A stretch of DNA of 63,280 nt, the filler included, from Octopus bimaculoides (Eukaryota): assembly GCF_001194135.2 (NCBI RefSeq). It is 8 parts of 7 records of this genome, joined end to end, with 100 filler letters (N's around TTAATTAATTAA, not from the genome) between each part and the next. Parts side by side here need not be neighbours in the genome. Positions count along the whole stretch, not along the records: positions 26,073 to 38,554 come from NC_068984.1; positions 38,655 to 44,088 come from NC_068999.1; 6 more parts are not named here. One strand, written 5' to 3'. The notes beneath the pieces were generated by a model. That model did no database searches, had not been told where the DNA came from, and was given only the letters and a program-made list of their open reading frames with translations. This document shows positions 26,073-39,649 of the stretch, one piece after another. Within the stretch, counting starts at the first letter, position 1; the number at the start of each line of letters is the position of its first letter. A program made the translations under genes and the position numbers.

Positions 26073-26518
26073 ATATATATATATATATATATACATACAT
26101 ACATATATATACATACATATACATATAAACATACATATACATATGTATGTATTTATATTTGTATGTATGTATGTATATACAGTCTGTTACAGTCTGTCAG
26201 ATACCGGCCACGATGAAATACCACAATGTATTGAAAATACGTATTCGCCTTTATATATTTAATCCTTTATATTGAACACTCAATATTTCATATATTCAAT
26301 AAGACATATTCCATATATTCAATAAGACATTCAATACTTCATTTCATTGTACCATCCATTTTTATATTATATATTATATATTCCATATTCTATATCCCAC
26401 ATTAATTTTACAAGAATATAAATAAAACATAAAAAACAGACATAGTTGGAACCTTTTTAAATAAAATAATATATTCCTCTATACACGATTATACAAAACC
26501 CTCCTTTTTTTATTTTTA

Positions 26519-26555
<37 letters not shown>

Positions 26556-27038
26556 GAAGGTCAGTTGGAAGGCCACTCTTGCACTTCAAAGACCATAGTT
26601 CAAAGATTTGAGTAAATTCGATTCCAACATCGGGACCAACTTCGTGGAAGCATGAAGGCACGCTGGCAAAACAATCTGTAGTTATCAATCCAGTTTAAAC
26701 TTGTTCGTTCTGTCTTTACTGCATTCGCCATCCTTACTGTCTCAAGCTTCAGACACTGCACTAAACACACTAAACCCAATCCGTCATTCTGAAAAGCTGA
26801 GTCCTTCTGGATTCCTACTCCTACGACAGTGTGTTTAACATATTCGGCTCATTGGTGCAAGGCATTCTGGGAATGTTGTAGACCGACGAACAGGTGCACC
26901 ATTGCTGGAAGACTGTGTGTCAATGAGCCGAGAATGTTGAACACTTTGTCAGTGTAAAAGGGAAAAGTTATTCTATGGCATATACTAAATCGACCAGCAT
27001 CTGAACTAGCCTAGACGTGTTACATAGTGCAAATAACG

Positions 27039-27113
<75 letters not shown>

Positions 27114-27599
27114 TTACAACTTCAATTTTGTGAAACCTTTGGTTCCAAAGCCGTTTTGTATTACTAATATTCTCCGAGCCAGATTTTCTCACATTCTAAA
27201 TTAAACCAGCAGTATCCAGAAAGTCAGAATTGCTTATGTAGGAACGTATGCATGCATGCGTCTATGTATGTATGTATGTATGTATGTATGTATGTATGTA
27301 TGCATGCATGTATGCATGTGTGTGTCTGTGAGCGTGTGCGCATGTATATATATACACACACACGCACACATACACACACATATATACACATACACACACA
27401 CTCACACATATATACACAGATACACACACACAGATACATACATACGTACATACACACATACATGCATACATACATACATACACACATACATGCATCCATC
27501 CATCCATCCATCCATCCATCCATATATACATACATACATACATACATACATACATACATAATACATACATACGTACATACATACATACGTACGTACGTA

Positions 27600-27826
27600 C
27601 GAGATGTTACTGAAAAGTTCTTGGTTTTAAGGTTATCGCGTAAGGCCTGAGGTTTTAAGGTTATCGCGTAAGGCCTGAGGTTTTAAGGTTATCGCGTAAG
27701 GCCTGATTAGAGGCCCAGCTTTCTGAGTTCTATTTACGGCGCTTAGAAATACTGAAGGACCACTGCAATAAGTGTGTGAATCTGAGAGGGGAATATGTTG
27801 AATAAAATCATATTCAGCCCCCTTCG
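27600..27826 (+). mobile_element. mariner-derived MITE with TA target duplication and a triplicated 28-bp internal segment
   Basis: TA|CGAGATGTTACTGAAAAG ... TTCAGCCCCCTTCG|TA; retains transposase end LEILKDHCNKCVNLRGEYVE*; (ggttttaaggttatcgcgtaaggcctga)x3 at 27623-27706. Confidence 0.85.
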
Positions 27827-28193
27827 TATATATGCATATATCTATGTATATATATAAACATTCACGTGTATATATTTATTTAACAATGTATTAGGAAGCA
27901 TTTCACGAAACAAAAACCACACGTTCAGTAGTCATTGTACTATCATCCGATACACAATTGCAAGAAAAAAATTTAAATAAATAAGAACTTGGAAAATAAG
28001 TTGCCTTTCGTTTGTATCTGTGAATATAAATACACGATTGCAACTCAATTTCAGTATCTCCTTTTTCTTTTCTTTTTCTCTGTGAACTCGCTCGTACTTT
28101 CTGATAATTTGTCACTTTATTAGGTAGAAGAGATGTATTTAATATCACAATAAGGTAATTGTTAAGTTGTTACAAGTTGAGCTTTCGACTTAC

Positions 28194-28204
28194 AAAGACG
28201 CCAT
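28194..28204 (-). CDS. Candidate start-codon exon of an unidentified minus-strand gene (ATG GCG TCT TT|gtaagt)
   Basis: aaaATGG context, perfect GTAAGT donor, CpG-rich surroundings, CpG-depleted DNA downstream (leftwards). Confidence 0.4.
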
Positions 28205-28245
28205 TTTAAGAGTGAGAGTCAGTCATTGTATTTTACGTCAGTGTA
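28199..28245 (-). promoter_or_regulatory. Candidate core promoter or 5' UTR: YY1-like AAAATGGCG and CRE/PAR-like TGACGTAA (28233-28240)
   Basis: Motifs seen directly in a CpG-rich unique region; function is inferred. Confidence 0.3.
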
Positions 28246-29859
28246 TTAGTAACAGATGAGTGAATATAGAAAGAATAGATATCAATATACGATCATATCA
28301 ATAAGATTATAGTTTTTCTAGATTACTAATTTCATCCTCAGAGATGAAGGTTTTCTTTTTCTTTTCATTTACTCAGTCGTTATATCTACGTTACATTTCA
28401 ATCGGGTTTATCTCAGTTCGTCAAGGTACACATGTACAGCTGGCCTCTTGAGTAAGAATGATATGCTTAGTCTAAGAATGGATGTTTCGTTCAAATGTTG
28501 TCTGGTTTCTATGTACATATCCGGGAATAATAGCTCTGATGATGATCAGAAAGAACCGAACCGATCGAAGCGTTGTGTAGATATATAACAATTGATTTAT
28601 ATCCTAAGCACGAGTCCGCAGATTTCTGGGGAGTGTATGAGCACGTTTATGTATATAAAAATCGTGCCTTCGCCATCACATTCAAAACCTCACAAACACC
28701 TACACCAAACACACCGACACGCTTAAACAATGTACACATACAAACTACTGCTACACATACTCTTACATACACACACATACAAACAAGCAAATACACACTC
28801 ACACACCGCGCGCACATGCGTGCACACACGCACACACACGCACACACGCGCGCGGACACACACCAGGCTACAGTTATGCCTCTTGTTACTCACGCTTAAA
28901 ACGTCATCTCTTCTATTTCCGTTCTTTCACCGTGTCATGACAGTTGGATACACGCGCGTTTCTAGTCTACAGTATTCCTTCCCTGTATTTTTCTCTCCAT
29001 TTATATCATATCTTTCAGAAAAAGAGTGTATAATCGAAACATTAAAGACACTTCCTCCTTTTCCCCCATTTTATGGGCATCAAACCAATACCAAATCTTT
29101 ATTTATTTTTTATCCCGTTTTAGTGTTGTATTTTCGTCAACTTTACCCTGTATGTATGTATGTATGTATGTGAATATANNNNNNNNNNNNNNNNNNNNNN
29201 NNNNNNNNNNNNNNNNNNNNNNNNNNNNNNNNNNNNNNNNNNNNNNNNNNNNNNNNNNNNNNNNNNNNNNNNNNNNNNNNNNNNNNNNNNNNNNNNNNNN
29301 NNNNNNNNNNNNNNNNNNNNNNNNNNNNNNNNNNNNNNNNNNNNNNNNNNNNNNNNNNNNNNNNNNNNNNNNNNNNNNNNNNNNNNNNNNNNNNNNNNNN
29401 NNNNNNNNNNNNNNNNNNNNNNNNNNNNNNNNNNNNNNNNNNNNNNNNNNNNNNNNNNNNNNNNNNNNNNNNNNNNNNNNNNNNNNNNNNNNNNNNNNNN
29501 NNNNNNNNNNNNNNNNNNNNNNNNNNNNNNNNNNNNNNNNNNNNNNNNNNNNNNNNNNNNNNNNNNNNNNNNNNNNNNNNNNNNNNNNNNNNNNNNNNNN
29601 NNNNNNNNNNNNNNNNNNNNNNNNNNNNNNNNNNNNNNNNNNNNNNNNNNNNNNNNNNNNNNNNNNNNNNNNNNNNNNNNNNNNNNNNNNNNNNNNNNNN
29701 NNNNNNNNNNNNNNNNNNNNNNNNNNNNNNNNNNNNNNNNNNNNNNNNNNNNNNNNNNNNNNNNNNNNNNNNNNNNNNNNNNNNNNNNNNNNNNNNNNNN
29801 NNNNNNNNNNNNNNNNNNNNNNNNNNNNNNNNNNNNNNNNNNNNNNNNNNNTATATATA

Positions 29860-29904
<45 letters not shown>

Positions 29905-31699
29905 ATATATATATATATATATTATATATTATATATCCATACATGTATATATCCATGTATAGACACATACATAATGAACATATCTCAATTACTTGACAGG
30001 TACATTTATCGATCCCGGAAAGATAAAAGGGAAAAGCATACACAAAGGGATTGAAATCCCGTGGTTAAACAACGTAACTATATACAATATAGAATTTTGT
30101 CGTAGCTCCAACAATCCTAACAATCAACTGCTCAATAAATGTAAATGTTGATTTATTACAGTTACACAGCCAGTGTAGGCTCATTATGGCCAAAAATATA
30201 TAAAGTTCGCTTTGCATCTATGAGGTCTAGGTTCGATCCCTCTACATAGAATCTTCGACAAATGTCATTTTCTATAGTCTCTGGTCGGCCTATATTTGTA
30301 ACAGAAATTGAGGAGATGCAACTATAAAGAAGCATGTTGGGAAGATTGTACCTATAATTCTCAACACTTTGCTACTGATTCTACCTGAGAATTAACTTAA
30401 AGGTTCAGTGTGTCCGTGCGATGCTCGCTCACTTAGTCATTAATTTAGACTTGTTTGATCCTGTCTTAATTTATATGTACGCAGCTGTAAGAGACCAGAA
30501 GCATTCCCTGTTGTGTTAACCAGAAATTGGTGACGCTATTCAATCAGAAGGCAAATAAGCGAATATAGTAATTATCATCAATATTCTGTGATATTTACCG
30601 TTTAAAACTTCAATCCATGTTTTACTAAAACATGCCTGCACTTGTACTTGGCAATATTGTCGTGTTGACACGATTGCAGAAAAAATAAAAAATAAATTTC
30701 AGCAAAAAAACCTTGTTTAACAGACAAAACGTATGACAACAATGATGATGATAACAACAACAACAACAACCACAATACACATGCGCATACGAAAATCTGG
30801 CAAATAATAACAAAACTCCATCGTTTGCAAATGTTCTTTCTAAAAAAAAAACAAAAGACAGAAGTTTAGGTGTGGAATATTTTGCTGAAAGAACTAAACC
30901 AGGGCAACATACATCGCGTTGCAAAAAGACTCTGGTAACCCCACCTTCCAGCCACAACCAATGGGGACAAATAAGTCACCCACAGGAATGACGATAACAA
31001 CGGGGATTAAATGATCAGGAAGCACCACTTCACAGCAATACACCCACATTCCATTGAAGTCAAATAGAATCAGTACATTTTTACGAAAAAAATGTTTTAA
31101 ATACCTAAATAAACAATTGGAAAGACCAATAAAAAAAAAAGCTCGTGGCGGGGTACATTTCCTGTGGAAAGGAGACGCTTTCCGTTGAGAAACAACTCTT
31201 CTCTTATTAATGAGAGCTCACCTCCCGCGAAGAAGAAGATATCTCCTCCTTGAATGAAACAAAGTTCACAACCCTTCGCACAGTCCACAAGGATATAATT
31301 AGAAACCTATACAAAATATATTGTTTCCAGACGAAGTGCCAGATCGAGAAGGAGGTGATCACACATTCCGAACAATAAGGAAAGAACCAGAATGTGATTG
31401 CGAATTTCCGATAGACATTATGATGTGATCCCTAACTTGACCACTGCAACGTAAGAGCTTCTCACGGGAGTTCTAGAATCTTCAGTCACAAACAATAAAG
31501 CGTGAAAATAAGGAGATTGCTTTATCAGGAATATAGGATGCCATATTTAAAGCAGGTGACAATTGTATGTTATTTTCATTACTAAGTATTTTATTATACT
31601 CTTTATTGCATATAATTAACTCGCATTCCAAATTGTTTAACTTGTTCACAATTCAATTGCATAACGTCTTTCATTCTATCGAGGCAAGGTGCCTGACTT

Positions 31700-32583
31700 C
31701 TAAAGTGTTGTCAGGCACTTATAGCCCTCGGCCAGTCGGGATTTGCTGACAGTAGAAGCTCCACTATGACGTTCTATAAGGGATTGGTGGTGGGCAAAAG
31801 CAATGATGTCCTTAGGGAGACTCTAAGCATTGATGAGAATCAAGCGGCTCATCTGTTCCAGACTTTTGGTCCAGTACGTATGGATAATTTCCAGTAATCC
31901 CTAGCTACCGAAGTGTGGATGGATTGGGCATTGCAGAATAAATTCTACAGGCATGGCAATGCCGTCAGCTGGGCATGTCCGAGATGCGAGCAGAGTGACA
32001 AAATCGTGTTGCAAGTATTCGTTCAGTGCCTGAGCATCATTGACTTGTGGAGTTATATCGAATGCCTGCTATTGCGTGTGGGACCGATCTTGCCTGTGGC
32101 CAGAAAGGCAGTCAGTTCTCTGCCGGGTGGCTTTGGTAAAAGAGGTAGTGGAAAGTGTTGAAGACAGACACTATCCTCTTCAGCTAACCCTCATCGACCC
32201 TTTTAAGTTGCATTTGAAAGGAAATGTGAGGAATGAGAAAGATGTGTTGCCCCCACGTCAGTAAATTTGTTGAAAGGTGGGTGAATGTGGCCTGGGCGGC
32301 CCAAGTGAATGCTTCTACTCTAAGCTGCTGTCTGTAACATGGAAAGAACGAATCGGAGAGGGACACTTTCCATTGGTAGTCTTGGTGTTTGGGATGACTG
32401 AGGACCTATGGGGTTCCTTGGTAACCCCTTGGTTACCTTTCCCTGTTATGGAAGCTGGCTCTTATAATTTCCTTACTAATTGTTATTGTTTTCATTGTTT
32501 ACACGTGTTTATGCAAATCCAATCTGTCGTTCGTCTTTGTATTGTCCTAAATACCTTTTGCGGCCCTTGTGGCCAACAAAGAA

Positions 32584-32654
<71 letters not shown>
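31700..32654 (+). mobile_element. 5'-truncated L1/Tx1-type LINE: ORF2 C-terminal zinc-finger region, 3' UTR, (ATT)n tail
   Basis: TMTFYKGLVVG...MDNFQ*SLA...KFYRHGNAVSWACPRCEQSDKIVLQVFVQCLSIIDLWSYIE (zf-RVT-like, His lost); UTR hairpin GGTAACC-cctt-GGTTACC at 32420-32437; ends gtggccaacaaagaa(att)n. Confidence 0.8.
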
Positions 32655-32737
32655 CAGCATCGTCCATTTGACTATAATGACCAGTTCTTATATATCCCAG
32701 AAATATATTCACGTTATCAATCATAGCATTTTTGAAA

Positions 32738-32813
<76 letters not shown>

Positions 32814-34396
32814 AAAAATGAAATAGAGAGAGAGAGAGAGAGCAAAAATGAAAGAGAGAGAGAGAGAGAGAGAGATAGAATGAAAGAGAGAAAGAGAGGG
32901 ATAGGGAAGGAGTCTCGAGACAGATAACCTCGAGGAAGGACGAGAAGAAAATAAAGTAGTTATGAACGTCACGGATTCCTATTTCTTTTTATCCTGTTCA
33001 TGTGAAACACGGCCATATGTGTATGCGTATAACACAGTGGCAATATAGCTAGCTTTACTGATAATAATGTGTTCTGGTGGCTGCATAACTATAATATAGA
33101 AAGGGACGCATCAATCGTTTCTCAGTCCTTCTTGCAAAACACCAGAAGTAAATGTTGAGTTGGTTCTAGAGAAATGATTGATTTTCGTTCCGGTAATCGT
33201 TAGAATTAATCGTTACAGATGTCTGGGCAGAAACCGTAGAGAGAGAGCGACATAGTAACACAACGATAGTAGGTCTCTCTATATTAGCCCAAGACCTGCT
33301 ACGAATAACTGCGAAATCTCATTCTAGTTTCACTTTGTCTAAGACTTTAAAAAGCATATATCACAAAGCTATCCTGCAGACGGTGATAGTCAATAAAATA
33401 GAAATGGATTCTTAAAGTTTATTCTTTCTTTGTGACCCGGTATTGGTTCACCGCCCAGTTGCTGAGAACTCCTGCTGGTGTAGATGTCGTTTCTCGTGTG
33501 AAACCTTTTTCACACCTAGTGTATCTAATATGATGGATAGAGCAGGTTCTGGTTCTTACAAATCCAAATAATTTGCTAAAACTTGCAAACTGGAAAATTA
33601 AGGCAATAAAATTAATTTTGTTGTTTTAATTTACTTACTACCATTGATAACATAATTGGACTTCCTAGTCTCACTTCAATAGTTTTTGAAATAGCAAAAG
33701 CAAGAAGCAAAGAAGTCAGACAGAAAGAGAAGTACCTAAACTCTTGAGTGTGGTGTGAGATATGTTGGTTGGAAGGAAAGTAAATGTAGGAAATAATAGA
33801 AATAGATAAACAAAACATGGGTGCGCCAAACTAATGAGAAACGCACAAAGAGTGTTGCTTGCATCATGTCTTGACAGCAAATTTAGTGCGTCTTATCCCA
33901 AAATAAATTACGTAAGTAAATTAACAAATAGTTTAATTAATGAACAATGTTGATTATTTCCTACTGTTAAACCAAGTAAAACCGCGTTCCATGTATTAGA
34001 ATTTTAGATTCTACATATATTTCACTGCTAAACACAGCTGAAATAGTAATTAGCTTAATGCGCTTAGTTCTTGGATTCTTGGTACACGTTTGAAGATAAA
34101 CACGTCTTATCTCAGATATAAAGCTCAGAATTCTATCAGAGCGTTGCTTGCAAATGGCCACGGCCTTAACAACCCATCGGCTAATTTAGAGATAAAAAAT
34201 TCAGATGTAAGAATTACACATTGAGGCTTTTGCTTTCTTTATTACAAGCAGCAGTACCCTGCCTTGCTTGGATTTCTAGAAAATAACAGTAAAGTCACAT
34301 AACATATGAGCTCTTTCAAAGATGTTCTTCTGTGAAAAATTTCAAACACCTTGGTGCAAAACTGCGCAAAAAAACTTACAATATGCATACATTTTA

Positions 34397-34870
34397 AGGC
34401 GGAGAGCTGACAGAATCGTTAGCAGAGCGGGCAAAATACTTAGCGGCATTTCATCCATCTTTACATAATTCTGCCGGAGCTGATTTTGCATTTCATCCTT
34501 TCGAGTTCGATAAAATAAGTATCAGTTGAACACTGGGGTCGATGTAATCGATTTACTCCCCACCCCTGCCGAAATTGCTTGCATTGTGCCAAAATTTGAA
34601 ACCAATATGCATACATTTTACTTCTATATATAAAGATTTGACCTTTATCTAAAGAACGTTGAGTAGCAGAATCCTTACATAGACTAATGGGTTAAGTGTC
34701 TCAAAATGTTTAGTTAGCTTTTTGTTTTTGTTTTGAGTTCAAATCCCACCGAAATCAGCTATGTTTTTCATCTTTCTGCGAATACAATAATACAAGCACT
34801 AGTCAAATACCAGGATCGATTTAATCCACGATACAGTCCATCTCCAAGTGAGGGTTTGTCTTTGTGTTAG
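34397..34870 (+). mobile_element. SINE family A (34397-34610) and a degenerate second copy (~34690-34870)
   Basis: gagctgacagaatcgttagc...tttcatcctttcgagttcgataaaataagtatcagttgaacactggggtcgat. Confidence 0.85.
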
Positions 34871-35149
34871 TGATTTCGTCTATATCATCCACATCAATCT
34901 CAAAACTCTGAGAATAGGCCTTCAAAATTAATGAGTGTTACTTAATAAAACAATAATAAAATAATAAAACCTGTTATCGCTGCGTATGCGTTATATTCAA
35001 ATTTACACACACACATGCACACACGTTGCTAAACACACTATTTGTTGGCGATTCCCTACTCCTCGCGGATGAACACTTTTGTGAAACTCGGGCGACAACA
35101 CACCAACTCATGGGTCTGTTTGGGCAATCGTTGTTGGTGAGGGCTTTAC

Positions 35150-35320
35150 CAGGTCGGAGCGCAAATCCTACATTTAACCTCTATAAGTCGCATTTTACCA
35201 CACATAGAGGAAACATTGGGTCTATCCTTTGGCAGTCTCCACACAACACTAGAGTAACATGAAATAAAGTGTTTTGCTCAAGAACACAATGCACCACCCG
35301 GTCTGGAAATCGAAAATTAC
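35150..35320 (-). mobile_element. Family D-like SINE fragment
   Basis: Reverse complement gatttccagaccgggtggtgcattgtgttcttgagcaaaacacttt aligns with 46850-46900. Confidence 0.55.
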
Positions 35321-35374
35321 GTTATAATATATTTATTTACATTTATATCATATTATAATACTTATATGCATTTA

Positions 35375-35424
<50 letters not shown>

Positions 35425-35425
35425 C

Positions 35426-35484
<59 letters not shown>

Positions 35485-35502
35485 CGTATAATGCTATTGT
35501 TA

Positions 35503-35600
35503 ATGTTAAGCCTCGGGTCGGCGCTGTCATGCAGATCTACGATCAAAAGCATTCAAGTCGTATCCATCCCGTCTTTCACTCAGACATAATATATCTAGGA
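35503..35600 (-). mobile_element. Unclassified interspersed repeat family E fragment
   Basis: Reverse complement aligns with 60570-60650. Confidence 0.6.
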
Positions 35601-36989
35601 TTAAATTATGCAATGTTTACTTTTACTTTTTATTTTAAAGAGTACGGTGTGATGTTGGGCAGATTTGCCTGCTATTTCTACCAGGTCGAGATGTCACGTA
35701 CCAGATACCCCTCTCTCTTCCGTTCGCCGCTGTTCTCGTAGGTCGAATTATGTAGCCAAACAGTAAACAAAGAGATATACACGAAGGAGCCACGAGGGAG
35801 CCACGAGAGAGCCATGTTAAGGCTCACTCGTTGATTAATTTTTTTAGAAGTTCTAGCCGCGACGGAGATGCAGCCACACTGCTTGGGCAGCCATTGACAC
35901 ATTCTGTTGTTTGTGCTTTGTATTCTGGCTTGCATAGGTGGCGGTAGAGATATATCTATAAGAAGAAGGTTACTAGAAGAATCAATTTATCTATGATACC
36001 ATGACTTTTTGCAGTCAAGTTACATGTCGCCACAGACTCTTAGATCTTTCAGATCTTTGATATGATAGTATCGAATGGGGGTGGTGGGGGTTGCGGGGTA
36101 GTGTAAGGGAATTTGCGAGAGGAAGGGACGGAAAGCAGAAATAATTTGGGAAAGCAAGCACACACAAAATCCTATACTATATATACATTATATGTATGCG
36201 TTGTTCGAATATCCGTTTGTTTGTTTGTGTGTGTGAAATTGGGTATGTATTTGTGTGTGTGTATGTGTGTGTGAGTGAGGGTGCGAGTGTAAAAGTGTGT
36301 GTGCACGTATGTGCGTATACATGTATGTATGTATTATGTATGTATGTATGTNNNNNNNNNNNNNNNNNNNNNNNNNNNNNNNNNNNNNNNNNNNNNNNNN
36401 NNNNNNNNNNNNNNNNNNNNNNNNNNNNNNNNNNNNNNNNNNNNNNNNNNNNNNNNNNNNNNNNNNNNNNNNNNNNNNNNNNNNNNNNNNNNNNNNNNNN
36501 NNNNNNNNNNNNNNNNNNNNNNNNNNNNNNNNNNNNNNNNNNNNNNNNNNNNNNNNNNNNNNNNNNNNNNNNNNNNNNNNNNNNNNNNNNNNNNNNNNNN
36601 NNNNNNNNNNNNNNNNNNNNNNNNNNNNNNNNNNNNNNNNNNNNNNNNNNNNNNNNNNNNNNNNNNNNNNNNNNNNNNNNNNNNNNNNNNNNNNNNNNNN
36701 NNNNNNNNNNNNNNNNNNNNNNNNNNNNNNNNNNNNNNNNNNNNNNNNNNNNNNNNNNNNNNNNNNNNNNNNNNNNNNNNNNNNNNNNNNNNNNNNNNNN
36801 NNNNNNNNNNNNNNNNNNNNNNNNNNNNNNNNNNNNNNNNNNNNNNNNNNNNNNNNNNNNNNNNNNNNNNNNNNNNNNNNNNNNNNNNNNNNNNNNNNNN
36901 NNNNNNNNNNNNNNNNNNNNNNNNNNNNNNNNNNNNNNNNNNNNNNNNNNNNNNNNNNNNNNTATATATATATATATATATATATACAT

Positions 36990-37690
36990 AATCATTCTTT
37001 CCTTCTTTCTATCAGCCCTTTCACACTTCGTTCATTCCACTCTTCGTTCTTTCGTTCCCCCTCTCTCACATTTGCTGGCCTTCTCTTCATGTTCACTTTC
37101 CCTCCTCTTTCACTTCACTGTGTTTCTTTCATTTTTTTTTTGCCCCTCCTTAATTCTTCTATCCCTCTGCTTCTACCTCTTTGTCTTCTTTCCCCACGTG
37201 ACCGGTGTTCGGCCAAGCCTGACCTTTCTTTCTTGGTTCGACTACCATCCGTGCAACATCTATATTCCTCCCTGTGCCTGTTTAATCTTATGTCCCTGCC
37301 GTAAGGATTTTCTTCCACACACGCCAGCTTAATTTGATTCGTCCTTAGTCGAAAGACACCTGTTGTTATGTCCTTTTATTTGAATTTATATTAGTATAAC
37401 ATTTCTCCGTTTTTTCCTGTCCTTGTTTTCGTATACATTCGATGCTTTCATCCAAGGAATCTAATGCTCTTAGCTTAGTTTTTCGCTGGGGCTGGTCAGA
37501 TTGGAGCAATCTCGAGTATAACCAACTGAAATTGCAAAGATAATCTGGAACACGACTGAGGATAGAAAATTCCGGATGACCCGTCCTTTTTTTCTTTGTA
37601 TCGTCTGTCTGGTTGTTTTGTTGTCCCTTTGTTTATCACCTAACTGTCTGGATGTTTTGTGTTCTTGTCCCATTTTTGTATTTTATATAT
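36990..37690 (+). mobile_element. Penelope-like terminal region (pyrimidine-rich pseudo-LTR type)
   Basis: Homologous to both pieces at 9545-9975; no protein motif recovered. Confidence 0.55.
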
Positions 37691-37735
37691 ATATATATAT
37701 TTGTATATATATATAAATACTTGTACACACACACA

Positions 37736-37768
<33 letters not shown>

Positions 37769-38654
37769 NNNNNNNNNNAAAATACTTGCGCACGCACGCA
37801 CGCACGCATGCACGGGTTCATGAACACAGACACATAATACTATTCAGTCACATACAGCGTAATACGTGTCATGAACAGAAATGTGAAAGAAGCCGCTGGT
37901 AAAACTACTCATTAATTGTCGATAAGGTCGATTTTTATGTGTAAAAGTACTTTCCATAGTTAAAAATAATGCAAACCCTAAATTCCAACTATTAAATTCT
38001 ATAGGATATTACTTGACCAAGGATTGATGTACTGCAGGGCTCTAGACGAGAACTCTTCGAACCTGTATCGCTAGGCTCGAGATATAAAGCCAATAATTTC
38101 CGCAGAGGAATGACTGCCTCTAACGATAGCTAGACAACATCTAGGAATTTCTATTAGAGGATATTGTTGGGCGTTTCTATTTCTGAAATATGTCCGATAA
38201 GTAAAGTTTAGAGTTACGCGTTTCATTAAAATAATGAGGAGCTCTGTCAACAATATTTCAAGCTATATTTGAATGATTGTGTCTAAACCTATCCCTGAGA
38301 TTCCGCATAAATAGATGACTGCTTTACCTTAATAGTAAGTTAACTCCGGAGAATTGTCGATCCCTAGAGGGTATCCCCTCTTCTCACTCAGAATCGGTTG
38401 CATTTGGTGTAAGCATTTGTTTCGTGTTTCTTGAAACGAAAATAATTGCAATAAATCATAGCTTTCTTTTGTACGGTAGTTCATATATCTTTCTTCCTAT
38501 TTCTTCTCTAAATTAATGTAAATCAATTTATATACATATATATATATATATATANNNNNNNNNNNNNNNNNNNNNNNNNNNNNNNNNNNNNNNNNNNNTT
38601 AATTAATTAANNNNNNNNNNNNNNNNNNNNNNNNNNNNNNNNNNNNNNNNNNNN

Positions 38655-38687
<33 letters not shown>

Positions 38688-38898
38688 GTATGTATGTATG
38701 TATATATGTGAGCGTGTATCTATGTATGTATGTATATACATACATAAAATTTTATCGAAATCTATTTGTTTTCTCCAAGTGTCTACCTTCAATTCCTTAC
38801 TCGATTTGCTACATTAGTATAACACATGCCAACATGGAAAGAACACTTTAAATGGTGATGATGATGATGATGATAATGATGATGATGATGATGATGAC

Positions 38899-38929
<31 letters not shown>

Positions 38930-39649
38930 AAGATCATGAAGATATTTAGTTCATTTTTGGGTGGTTATGCTATTCGTGTATACATATGAATGTAAAATCT
39001 TACCCCAATAAAACTGCACTCCATTGTTCTTGGTTCAATAAAGCTACAGGGTGATACACAAGCACTCAAATATCAATGCATTGAAACATAAAAGAAACAG
39101 TTGTAAGTTTATGAAGTTCATAACACAATTTTTCCCCCTGTTCCGCATATATCTGTTTAATTTCTCTATGTCACTCTGTACCTCTGTGTATATATGTGTT
39201 GAGTGTACCCATGGGTGTGTGTACGTGGGTTTGTGAGTGTGTACTAACAAATCGCTTGTGAATGCACAAACACACGTACATAATCTCACACATAATGATA
39301 CACACGCACACTCACACACACACACATCTATGCACTGATGTATACGTTGCAGATATTTGTTTCGATTTTCTATTATACACCATGTATTCTTTACAACTTG
39401 CCTACTATATATGAACAGTGATAAATTATTCCTAAATATTCAAGCAATGACTTCAGGCTACGTTAATACTGTTCCTTTAATGCAGCTGTGCGTTTAATTA
39501 CTTTACAACCTCAGTATTTTGCGTATTAAAGGCAAAAAAAAAATTATATCATAACCGATTTCTAAAACATCATTATAAAATTTTCCCCACTGATATAAAG
39601 CAGTAATATTTATTTCTTCTGTATTTTTATATTTGAAATCAAAGAATAT

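Noticed and set aside
27623-27706. Three identical 28-bp repeats as a possible CRISPR array
   Set aside because: No spacers, head-to-tail copies, eukaryotic context, inside a mariner MITE.
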